A DNA stretch of 11,112 bases, the filler included, from an uncultured Methanosarcinales archaeon (GTDB lineage Archaea; Nanobdellota; Nanobdellia; Woesearchaeales; JAGLXL01): the NCBI GenBank assembly GCA_964472345.1. It is 6 parts of 6 records of this genome, joined end to end, with 100 filler letters (N's around TTAATTAATTAA, not from the genome) between each part and the next. Parts side by side here need not be neighbours in the genome. Positions count along the whole stretch, not along the records: positions 1 to 1,976 come from CAYYLB010000113.1; positions 2,077 to 3,985 come from CAYYLB010000114.1; positions 4,086 to 5,931 come from CAYYLB010000115.1; positions 6,032 to 7,777 come from CAYYLB010000117.1; 2 more parts are not named here. The stretch is one strand, 5' to 3'. Each line of letters starts with the position of its first letter. Within the stretch, counting starts at the first letter, position 1. Under the pieces are notes generated by a model. The model was not told the origin of the DNA and ran no database searches. It was given only the letters and a program-made list of their open reading frames with translations. The translations under genes were made by a program, and so were the position numbers. This document shows, piece after piece, positions 1 through 6,087 of the stretch.

Positions 1-1
1 C

Positions 2-607
2 CTCCTCGCATTCATCACGCTCATTGCCGCCTGCGTCCCTCCGCCGACCGGAACTAACTGTGATTCAATCAAGAAACCGGCGCTGCGCGACACCTGCTAC
101 GCGGAAGTCGGCATCGTGCGGCAGGATGTCAACCTCTGCGACAGGGCTTCTGACAGCAGGACGAAGTTCTACTGCTACACCAAAGTCGCGCAGGCAACCA
201 GCGCACCCGCACTCTGCGAGCTTGTCAAGGATTCGTACTGGCAGCCTATCTGCTTCAGGGAGCTCGGCGCCGCACTGGGCGATGAAGCCCTCTGCGACAA
301 GGTCGAGGACCAGAAGCTCCAGAACGCCTGCTTCTTTGCCATTGCGGAAAGCACGGGTGACCCGCAGCTCTGCCGCCGCATCATTGATGACTGGCCGCAG
401 TTCTACCGCTGTTTTGACGACGCGGCGGTTGAGCAGCAGAATGTCAGCGTCTGCTTTGAGCTTGAGGATGATCTTGCGCGCGACCGCTGCATCTTCGGGC
501 TCGCGAAGAACACCAGCAACAGCTCCCTCTGCAGCCTCATGACATTCAATCAGACTAATGAGATCTGCGTAGAGCGCCTCAGCCCGAAAGCAACGGCAAG
601 CTCATAA
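2..607 (+). CDS. Secreted Cys-repeat lipoprotein, 5' partial (start lies before the window)
   Basis: The frame is open from base 2 (LLAFITLIAACVPPPTGTNCDSIKK...). A hydrophobic stretch ends in a lipobox-like LIAA-C. Seven C-x11/12-C-[YFIV] units follow at a period of about 26 aa. Stop TAA at 605-607. Confidence 0.8.
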   Translation, partial: LLAFITLIAACVPPPTGTNCDSIKKPALRDTCYAEVGIVRQDVNLCDRASDSRTKFYCYTKVAQATSAPALCELVKDSYWQPICFRELGAALGDEALCDKVEDQKLQNACFFAIAESTGDPQLCRRIIDDWPQFYRCFDDAAVEQQNVSVCFELEDDLARDRCIFGLAKNTSNSSLCSLMTFNQTNEICVERLSPKATASS

Positions 608-677
608 TCTTCTTATAGCAGGTGCAGTATGCCTCGGGCGCTGCCATTGGTTACGACCAGAATTAACTTCCACAGCC

Positions 678-842
678 TTACACAACCTTCCAGGCATACC
701 TTCTCATCCGCGCGCTTCTTCCGTACCCGCAGCTTGAGCAGCGCTTGTGGCGGATGTGGTAGCTCCTTCTCCCGCAGCGGCGGCACCGGATCGTGCTCTT
801 CTTGCCGCTCTTCTTCCCCATGCTCGGCGTGCCTTTCGTCAT
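678..842 (-). CDS. rpl37e: 50S ribosomal protein L37e (54 aa; absent from the ORF track)
   Basis: Manual translation gives MTKGTPSMGKKSGKKSTIRCRRCGRRSYHIRHKRCSSCGYGRSARMRRYAWKVV*. It has the L37e N-terminus MTKGTPSMGK and a CxxC..CxxC Zn ribbon. It lies directly downstream of SmAP, the conserved archaeal arrangement. Confidence 0.97.
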   Translation of the reverse strand: MTKGTPSMGKKSGKKSTIRCRRCGRRSYHIRHKRCSSCGYGRSARMRRYAWKVV

Positions 843-848
843 GCCCGA

Positions 849-1079
849 TCACTCCGGAGAAATCGTGATGATGGTGTCGCCACGGATGAACACCTTGCCG
901 AGCTTGCGCTTCATCGCCCCATCGACGCGCTCTTCCGCGTCATCAAGAACCGTATTGATATGGATATCGAATGCGCGCAGCGTACCAGCATACTGCCTGC
1001 CGTTCTTGCAGTCGAGCATCACGCGCTTGTTGCGCGCCTGGTTCAATGCATCCAGCGGCCGCGAACCCTCATCGTTCAT
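849..1079 (-). CDS. Sm-like archaeal protein (SmAP1/Lsm)
   Basis: RPLDAL N-terminal helix, Sm1 motif (KNGRQYAGTLRAFDIHINTVLDDAEE) and Sm2 motif (LGKVFIRGDTI). The ATG at 1079 is preceded by SD-like GAGGGGTG; GTG at 1088 is an alternative start. Confidence 0.95.
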   Translation of the reverse strand: MNDEGSRPLDALNQARNKRVMLDCKNGRQYAGTLRAFDIHINTVLDDAEERVDGAMKRKLGKVFIRGDTIITISPE

Positions 1080-1127
1080 TGCATACACCCCTCAACAAAG
1101 CTTATGGATGCTGCGAAACGCGGGCGC

Positions 1128-1143
1128 TTTATAAACATTGTGC
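1128..1143 (-). promoter_or_regulatory. BRE-TATA promoter of the SmAP-rpl37e operon
   Basis: The minus strand reads GCACAATG-TTTATAAA, about 50 nt upstream of the ATG. The same motif precedes both tRNAs and secE. Confidence 0.7.
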
Positions 1144-1150
1144 AAACCGC

Positions 1151-1313
1151 GGCTCCGTAGAAAAAGTCTGCGCCTGCGAGCTCGCGCTTTTCCCGCTACA
1201 CTTTTCGCTGCGGATGTGTCAGTTTTACCGAAGGAAAAGCGTCCCTTGCGCGACTAAAGTCCACTCCCGCCCGCTCGCATTTCAGTTGCGCTGACGACTT
1301 TTTCTACCGGGCC
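1151..1313. mobile_element. MITE-like non-autonomous element, 163 bp, with 18-bp imperfect terminal inverted repeats
   Basis: Left end GGCTCCGTAGAAAAAGTC (1151-1168) matches the reverse complement of 1296-1313, GGCCCGGTAGAAAAAGTC, at 16/18. Flanking 9-mers GCAAACCGC (1142-1150) and GCAAGCCGA (1314-1322) match at 7/9. There are nested internal inverted repeats and no credible CDS inside. Confidence 0.6.
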
Positions 1314-1501
1314 GCAAGCCGAGGTATCTCCGTGCCTGCCACGATGCCGCTGCCGACGGTCCGCCGCCTCGACGGATCGCATACGTAACGCGCCCTGACG
1401 GTGCCGCCACCCCAAGCAGCGCCGGAGCCGCAGGCGAAGGCGCGATTGGTTGCGTTCGCCGTGATGAGCAAATGCGCAGCAGCGCAGCTTGAGCACAAGT
1501 C

Positions 1502-1517
1502 CCACAAATTATATAAA
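1502..1517 (+). promoter_or_regulatory. BRE-TATA promoter of rps8e (probably a leaderless transcript)
   Basis: CCACAAAT-TATATAAA ends 22 nt before the ATG at 1540. Confidence 0.7.
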
Positions 1518-1539
1518 CCTCCCCCCGCAGCGTCACCCC

Positions 1540-1932
1540 ATGCGCGCACAGTGGCGTTCCAAACGCAAGCCCAGCGGAGGGCGGTATCACCGGCCGTACC
1601 GGACGAAACGCAAATATGAGTTAGGCCGCTACCCCGCCGATACGGTCCTCGGCGAGCCGCAGCGGAAAGCGATCCGCACCCGCGGCGGCCATACAAAGAA
1701 CCGCCTGCGCTCGTCCAATCAGGCGAACGTTGCGCTCGGCAGCACGTCGCTCAAGAAGGTCCGCATCCTCAATGTCGTTGACAATCCCGCGAATAAGTTC
1801 CTCTCGCGCAGGAACATCATCACCAAAGGCAGCATCATCGAGACCGAGCTCGGCAAGGCACGCGTCACCTCGCGCCCCGGGCAGCACGGCGTGGTGAACG
1901 CCATCCTCATCGAGAAGCGTCCTGCTGCGTAA
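1540..1932 (+). CDS. rps8e: 30S ribosomal protein S8e
   Basis: [16 protein letters not shown]...KRKYELGR...RTRGG...NPAN...[35 protein letters not shown] carries the diagnostic S8e motifs. ATG 1540 was chosen over the upstream TTG because of the TATA spacing. Confidence 0.97.
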   Translation: MRAQWRSKRKPSGGRYHRPYRTKRKYELGRYPADTVLGEPQRKAIRTRGGHTKNRLRSSNQANVALGSTSLKKVRILNVVDNPANKFLSRRNIITKGSIIETELGKARVTSRPGQHGVVNAILIEKRPAA

Positions 1933-1976
1933 GAGTTTCTGCTTGTACCATTCTCCCCGCACAGCCGAAAAACCCC

Positions 1977-2076
1977 NNNNNNNNNNNNNNNNNNNNNNNN
2001 NNNNNNNNNNNNNNNNNNNNTTAATTAATTAANNNNNNNNNNNNNNNNNNNNNNNNNNNNNNNNNNNNNNNNNNNN
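1977..2076. other. Artificial contig-joining linker (N44-TTAATTAATTAA-N44)
   Basis: 100-nt spacer with stops in all six frames, repeated identically five times in the window. Confidence 0.98.
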
Positions 2077-2078
2077 GC

Positions 2079-2552
2079 AAAAGCTATTCGCTCGCAGACT
2101 TCAATGAAAAGATCCTCGTCATCATCTTCATGTGCAACCACTGCCCTTATGTCAAGGCAAAGATGGATGAGATCGCTGCGCTCCAGCGCGACTATGAGGC
2201 GAAAGGCGTTGCCGTCATCGGCATCAACGCCAACGACCCTGCGGATTACCCGGAAGACGATTTCGCGCACATGCAGCAGAAAGCGAAGGAGAAAGGCTAC
2301 CGCTACTATCTTGTTGATGAGACGCAGGACACCGCGAGAGCGTACGGCGCCACCTGCACGCCGGATCCGTTTGTCTTTGACCGGCAGCACCGGCTGGTAT
2401 ATCACGGCCGCATCAACGACCAGATGGAGCCTTCCGACAGAGTGAAGGAGCGCACGATGCGGGATGTTCTCGATAAGGCTCTCGCCGGGGAAACGGTCAG
2501 GGAGTGGTTCGTGCCGAGCCAGGGATGCAGCATCAAGTGGAAGAAGGCGTAA
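2079..2552 (+). CDS. Thioredoxin-fold AhpC/TSA (peroxiredoxin-like) family protein, 5' partial
   Basis: The frame is open from the contig start: KSYSLADFNEKILVIIFMCNHCPYVK (CxxC motif), then IGINANDPADYPEDDF, YGATCTPDPFVFD, LVYHGRIND and the C-terminal PSQGCSIKWK typical of this family. Confidence 0.92.
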   Translation, partial: KSYSLADFNEKILVIIFMCNHCPYVKAKMDEIAALQRDYEAKGVAVIGINANDPADYPEDDFAHMQQKAKEKGYRYYLVDETQDTARAYGATCTPDPFVFDRQHRLVYHGRINDQMEPSDRVKERTMRDVLDKALAGETVREWFVPSQGCSIKWKKA

Positions 2553-2611
2553 GCCATTCTCGCGGGAATGTGAGAGAGATAAGGATCGTTTGCTTCAGGC
2601 GCTCCGCCGTT

Positions 2612-2695
2612 CCGGCAGCTTCGCGCCTGCCATGGTGCCCTTGATGTGCGAGCGAGCAGGCACCATGCGCGGGAGCGAAGGCGCGAAGCTGCCGG
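2612..2695. repeat. 84-bp GC-rich nested palindrome (REP/MITE-like hairpin)
   Basis: A perfect 17-bp inverted repeat CCGGCAGCTTCGCGCCT (2612-2628 / 2679-2695) encloses a perfect 9-bp inverted repeat CATGGTGCC (2631-2639 / 2659-2667). Confidence 0.8.
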
Positions 2696-2707
2696 TTCGC
2701 CGTAACA

Positions 2708-2715
2708 TTTAAATA
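2708..2715 (+). promoter_or_regulatory. TATA box of the antitoxin-toxin-Nudix operon
   Basis: TTTAAATA lies 33 nt before ATG 2749, with SD-like GGTGAG at 2738-2743. Confidence 0.6.
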
Positions 2716-2748
2716 GTATCACCCCGGTAGAACGAATGGTGAGTCACC

Positions 2749-2943
2749 ATGGAAGCAGTTCCTGCGAAAATAACCCCACGTCTGCTGCATGAGATGGATG
2801 AGCTTGTCCAGGAAGGCTGGTATGCCAACCGCTCGGAGCTTATCCGTGATGCGGTCCGTGAGATGGTCAGGAAGCTCAAAGCGGATCGGTTAGAGGCAGC
2901 CATCAAGGAAGACATCCGGTGGGGCTTGCATGGGAAAGAGTAA
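2749..2943 (+). CDS. Ribbon-helix-helix (CopG/MetJ-like) protein, putative VapB-type antitoxin
   Basis: 64 aa with the RHH pattern VPAKITPRLLHEMDELVQEGWYANRSELIRDAVREMV. It overlaps the downstream PIN gene by 14 nt. Confidence 0.88.
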   Translation: MEAVPAKITPRLLHEMDELVQEGWYANRSELIRDAVREMVRKLKADRLEAAIKEDIRWGLHGKE

Positions 2944-3433
2944 TGCGGCAGTGTTTGATGCGGGGCCGTTCATCCACCTTCACGAGATTCAGCAGCTCCG
3001 CCTCCTCCGGCTGTTTCGGCACGTTCTGACAACGAAGGAGGTCTTTGAGGAATGCAAAGGGATCGCTCCGCTGCCCGCGAGAATCGGGAGTATCAGCGTC
3101 CGGGAGATCGCCGCGGGGAGCAAGGACTTCACCAAATATCTTATTGAACGGTACGCCATCCAGCTTGGAGAAGCGACCGCCATTGCGCTGTGCAGGCAGG
3201 AGAGCATCCGGCTCTTCTTCACCGATGATCTCGAAGCGCGGGGCGCTGCTCGTGCCGTGGGGTTTGAGCCGCACGGGACGCTCGCCATCGTGCTGCGTGC
3301 CTACCGGGAGAGGCTTTTGTCGAAAGCGGAAGCGGTGCGGGCAGTCGCTGCGCTCTATGAGAAATCAACGCTCTTTTTCACCAGGGACCTTTTTGAGTGG
3401 ACGCTGCAGGAGATTGGGAGTTTTCGGCCATGA
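2930..3433 (+). CDS. PIN-domain protein (VapC-like toxin, DUF3368/COG2405 type)
   Basis: PIN acidic motifs VFDAGPFI, EVFEE, LGEATAIAL and FFTDDLEAR, followed by HGTLAIVLRA and a helical C-terminal tail typical of DUF3368-type PINs. Confidence 0.88.
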   Translation: MGKSNAAVFDAGPFIHLHEIQQLRLLRLFRHVLTTKEVFEECKGIAPLPARIGSISVREIAAGSKDFTKYLIERYAIQLGEATAIALCRQESIRLFFTDDLEARGAARAVGFEPHGTLAIVLRAYRERLLSKAEAVRAVAALYEKSTLFFTRDLFEWTLQEIGSFRP

Positions 3434-3867
3434 CTTCCCCAGTACTGAATAAAGAAGGCAGAACATTGGCGCCTGCGCCGAAAGAGATCACAGTCAGCGT
3501 CGTGCAGCGCGGCGGCAGGCTCCTGCTCCTCAGGCGCGCGGAAGGCAAGCAGTTCGATCCAGGCCGGTGGGAGTTCGTCTCCGGATTCGTGAAGGGCGCT
3601 GGTGCGCTGCGGGAGCAGGCACGTGCGCAGGTCGCTTTTGAGACCGGGCTGCAGCCGCAGCTGGAGAAGGAAGGGGCCGCCTTCGAAATGCACGACGAGT
3701 ACGGAGCCTGGAAGATCCATCCGTTCCTGTTCTCTGCCGGTGCCGGCGATGTCAGGATACGCAAAGGAGACTACACAGAGTTCCGGTGGGTAAAGCCGGA
3801 CGAGCTTGCGCGGTTTGAGTGCGTGAATGAATTGGGGAGGAACCTGACAAGCTTGGAATTGTGGTGA
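3430..3867 (+). CDS. Nudix-fold protein with a degenerate Nudix box
   Basis: LLLLRR...PGRWEFVSG...ETGL...HPFLF...EFRWVKPDEL is a Nudix scaffold. The ATG at 3430 overlaps the PIN stop (ATGA). Confidence 0.85.
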   Translation: MTSPVLNKEGRTLAPAPKEITVSVVQRGGRLLLLRRAEGKQFDPGRWEFVSGFVKGAGALREQARAQVAFETGLQPQLEKEGAAFEMHDEYGAWKIHPFLFSAGAGDVRIRKGDYTEFRWVKPDELARFECVNELGRNLTSLELW

Positions 3868-3870
3868 GCA

Positions 3871-3951
3871 ATGCAGGCGTATCCTGTGCAGATTCTTGAA
3901 CCGAAGGGAAGAACTCCCGACGTCATTGAAAAGTTCCTAAATTCCCGTTGA
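3871..3951 (+). pseudogene. Short ORF (26 aa), possibly the 5' end of a gene truncated by the repeat that starts at 3934
   Basis: ATG lies 3 nt after the Nudix stop, with SD-like GGTGAG. Translation is MQAYPVQILEPKGRTPDVIEK|FLNSR*; the last five codons and the stop come from the 52-bp repeat. Confidence 0.35.
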
Positions 3952-3985
3952 AATAGGCATTAGGTTGGTGTGTTCTGATTGTGCT
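3934..3985 (+). repeat. 52-bp contig-terminal repeat, copy 1 (probable end of a multicopy mobile element)
   Basis: TTCCTAAATTCCCGTTGAAATAGGCATTAGGTTGGTGTGTTCTGATTGTGCT is the exact reverse complement of 6035-6086. Confidence 0.9.
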
Positions 3986-4085
3986 NNNNNNNNNNNNNNN
4001 NNNNNNNNNNNNNNNNNNNNNNNNNNNNNTTAATTAATTAANNNNNNNNNNNNNNNNNNNNNNNNNNNNNNNNNNNNNNNNNNNN
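3986..4085. other. Artificial contig-joining linker
   Basis: N44-TTAATTAATTAA-N44. Confidence 0.98.
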
Positions 4086-4268
4086 AATCTCCAGAAGACA
4101 GATCCGCAGTGGACCACTATCCTCAGAAAAGATCTGCTTATCCCCGGCTTCCTTGATACGGGAGGAAATGTCATCTCATTCAACCCTGCGCTCGAAGGAG
4201 CAGCATTTCCGGGATTCTGCGGGACGGCACGCAGGCTGTACTGCTTTGAGGTGCCTTGGGAAGGATGA
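4086..4268 (+). CDS. C-terminal fragment of a probable extracellular protein (possibly DUF1554/endostatin-like), 5' partial
   Basis: The frame is open from the contig start: NLQKTDPQWTTILRKDLLIPGFLDTGGNVISFNPALEGAAFPGFCGTARRLYCFEVPWEG*. The terminal C-x5-RLYCFE resembles the end of DUF1554-type domains; this is a motif-level resemblance only. Confidence 0.45.
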   Translation, partial: NLQKTDPQWTTILRKDLLIPGFLDTGGNVISFNPALEGAAFPGFCGTARRLYCFEVPWEG

Positions 4269-4305
4269 GGCAAATGATGGGAGAGAAGACCCAACAGAGG
4301 TTCAT

Positions 4306-5595
4306 ATGAAATACTCATCGTTCGTGCTCAAGAAGCTCTCGGCGGCGTTCTTGCTTTCTCTCCTCCTGCTCGTCCCTTTCGCCTTCGCGCAGAGCACAGG
4401 TGGCGCTGTGCTTCCTGAGCAGGCTGGCGGTCGTAGGGACACTGAGGTGACTGAAGAGGAACTGGCAAGCCTTGTTAGCCAGCTTATCAATCAAATTTAT
4501 TTTGATACAGCGAGCTCCGATACGGGGTCTGTTGCCCCCAACCGCGAGAAAGCATGCATCTGCAGCGAGGATCTCGAGCAGCGGCTTACGAAGATCGGGG
4601 AGTGGCGCGACGAGGCATACGAAAAAAAAGTTCCTCTTGAGCAGGGGATCATTACATCCGCCGGGAACACGCGTGGTGTCGGTGTTGTCAATGGAAAGCT
4701 CCTGTTTTTGATGGAGCCGGATGTTCTGGCCCAGGCAGTCAAAGGGTTTCCGCTTCGTGTCTGGCTTGATGACCAGACAGAGGAAGGTCTGACCTCACAG
4801 GGATTCGATCCTCCGTTCCGGCCGTATCCGCGCAGCATCGATCCCCAGGATAGGAATGAGGCAGAGGCAGTGATTCTGGAAGAGCATCAGCAGCGCCTGT
4901 ATGCACTTCAAAATCAGGCGCTGCAGGTAGCGGTCCTCTACACCCAAGCATATGATGAACTTTCCCAGATCATTCTCAACGGCATGCTCTGCGGCGACCA
5001 TTACCTTGCTGCGGTTGAGCTTCTCAAGAAAATCGGGGTTGCACAGGAACTCTCAACAGACATGCTTGAGCGCATCATCACGCTGACGAGCCTCCGGGGT
5101 GAGTGGAGGCAAGGCTCTCTTGAGGAGCAGCGGCTCCAGCAGGAGTATGAAAGAAGGGCCAGCGATGTCGCACTGGCAGTTGCCAGCATTCTTCCCATGG
5201 CCATTATGACTGCGGGTCGTGCGACGATGCTCATTACCAACCGGCTGCTCGCTCACCGCACTCCAACCTACGCGCAGGCCATGAAGGAGCTTTTGAAGCG
5301 TATGGCACGAGGCGAAACGCTCGAGCCTTTTGATTTCATGCCATTCGTCAAGGGAAACGATGGTGCGTGGGCTATCTGCAGGCTTCGGACAGTAGGCTCA
5401 ACCCATAACGCTGAAGTGATCAAGGCTGCGCTTGATTTGGTGGATGAAGGGGCTACCACGAACACTCAATTCATGCAACTCATAGCTGAATTGGAGGTTG
5501 AAGGAGAAAGCGGCATTGCATCAACCCATGAGCTCGTTACTGCCTTACGTAAGATTGTTGCAAAGCTCCTCGCCGAAGGTCCGCATCAGAACTGA
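4306..5595 (+). CDS. Hypothetical secreted protein, 429 aa
   Basis: ATG 4306 follows SD-like GAGGT (4297-4301). It has a classical signal peptide MKYSSFVLKKLSAAFLLSLLLLVPFAFA|Q and a long open frame, but no family that I recognise. Confidence 0.8.
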   Translation: MKYSSFVLKKLSAAFLLSLLLLVPFAFAQSTGGAVLPEQAGGRRDTEVTEEELASLVSQLINQIYFDTASSDTGSVAPNREKACICSEDLEQRLTKIGEWRDEAYEKKVPLEQGIITSAGNTRGVGVVNGKLLFLMEPDVLAQAVKGFPLRVWLDDQTEEGLTSQGFDPPFRPYPRSIDPQDRNEAEAVILEEHQQRLYALQNQALQVAVLYTQAYDELSQIILNGMLCGDHYLAAVELLKKIGVAQELSTDMLERIITLTSLRGEWRQGSLEEQRLQQEYERRASDVALAVASILPMAIMTAGRATMLITNRLLAHRTPTYAQAMKELLKRMARGETLEPFDFMPFVKGNDGAWAICRLRTVGSTHNAEVIKAALDLVDEGATTNTQFMQLIAELEVEGESGIASTHELVTALRKIVAKLLAEGPHQN

Positions 5596-5702
5596 TCGGG
5601 CCATCTTCTTTCATTTTTCTTCTTCTGTGCTCCGCGGGTGAGGAAGTACCCCTTGCCGTTGACCTCAATGTATAAATACCCCTGCTTTTTCTTTCGCAGT
5701 TT

Positions 5703-5930
5703 ATGAGCCGACCGAAAAAAGCGAAAAGTCACTGGGCCTGGCGCGCGACCAAATCCACCTTCCGCGGCCTCGGCAAGGGCAGCTGGTGGCTTGTCAGGAA
5801 CGTTTCCCGGGGGCTTTACAAGGGCGGAAAGGCGGTCGCTGTCAGGATAAAGGAAAAGAAGCAGCGGCAACAGCTCCAGAACCAGCCCCACTACCAGACT
5901 CCGGCAACATTCGCGCCGCTTCCCGTCGTA
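5703..5930 (+). CDS. Hypothetical protein, 3' partial (basic, amphipathic N-terminus)
   Basis: ATG lies 24 nt after TATAAATA (5671-5678), a leaderless spacing. MSRPKKAKSHWAWRATKSTFRGLGKGSWWLVRNVSRGLYKGGK... stays open to the contig end. Confidence 0.65.
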
Positions 5931-5931
5931 A

Positions 5932-6031
5932 NNNNNNNNNNNNNNNNNNNNNNNNNNNNNNNNNNNNNNNNNNNNTTAATTAATTAANNNNNNNNNNNNN
6001 NNNNNNNNNNNNNNNNNNNNNNNNNNNNNNN
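5932..6031. other. Artificial contig-joining linker
   Basis: N44-TTAATTAATTAA-N44. Confidence 0.98.
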
Positions 6032-6034
6032 ACG

Positions 6035-6086
6035 AGCACAATCAGAACACACCAACCTAATGCCTATTTCAACGGGAATTTAGGAA
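6035..6086 (-). repeat. 52-bp contig-terminal repeat, copy 2
   Basis: Exact reverse complement of 3934-3985. Identity ends abruptly at 6087/3933. Confidence 0.9.
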
Positions 6087-6087
6087 A

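Noticed and set aside
613..1160. ORF-track entries 613-852(-), 629-868(+), 747-1160(+), 793-1134(+)
   Set aside because: These are shadow frames of rpl37e and SmAP, which carry clear family signatures.
1314..1500. SRP RNA, RNase P RNA or C/D-box sRNA next to rps8e (GTGATGA at 1461-1467)
   Set aside because: I found no SRP helix-8 motif and no RNase P GAGGAAAGUCC core on either strand. No properly spaced CTGA D box follows the C-box-like word.
2021..2032. TTAATTAATTAA recurring at roughly 1.7-2 kb intervals, as a biological repeat
   Set aside because: It is always centred in 88 Ns; this is a synthetic six-frame-stop linker.
3925..3985. CRISPR repeat (ATTGAAA and GTTGAAAT words resemble archaeal repeat ends)
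   Set aside because: There is no repeat-spacer periodicity. The duplicated unit is at least 52 bp and occurs once per contig end, and no cas genes are present.
4153..4305. Upstream extension of the 480-aa ORF
   Set aside because: It overlaps a more plausible upstream CDS fragment. ATG 4306 has an SD and begins a clean signal peptide.
5586..5891. Minus-strand 101-aa ORF containing the protein-like stretch GYLYIEVNGKGYFLTR
   Set aside because: Most of it is antisense to the 5703 gene and runs through that gene's TATA box. It has no independent start or promoter, so it is at best a relic I cannot support.
5703..5930. Assignment as the N-terminus of a P-loop ATPase
   Set aside because: The contig ends before any Walker motif, so function cannot be supported.
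3934..6086. Composite transposon bounded by the two inverted 52-bp repeats and carrying the secreted protein
   Set aside because: The repeats lie on different contigs separated by artificial linkers. The enclosed contig is there only because of size sorting, and there is no target-site duplication.
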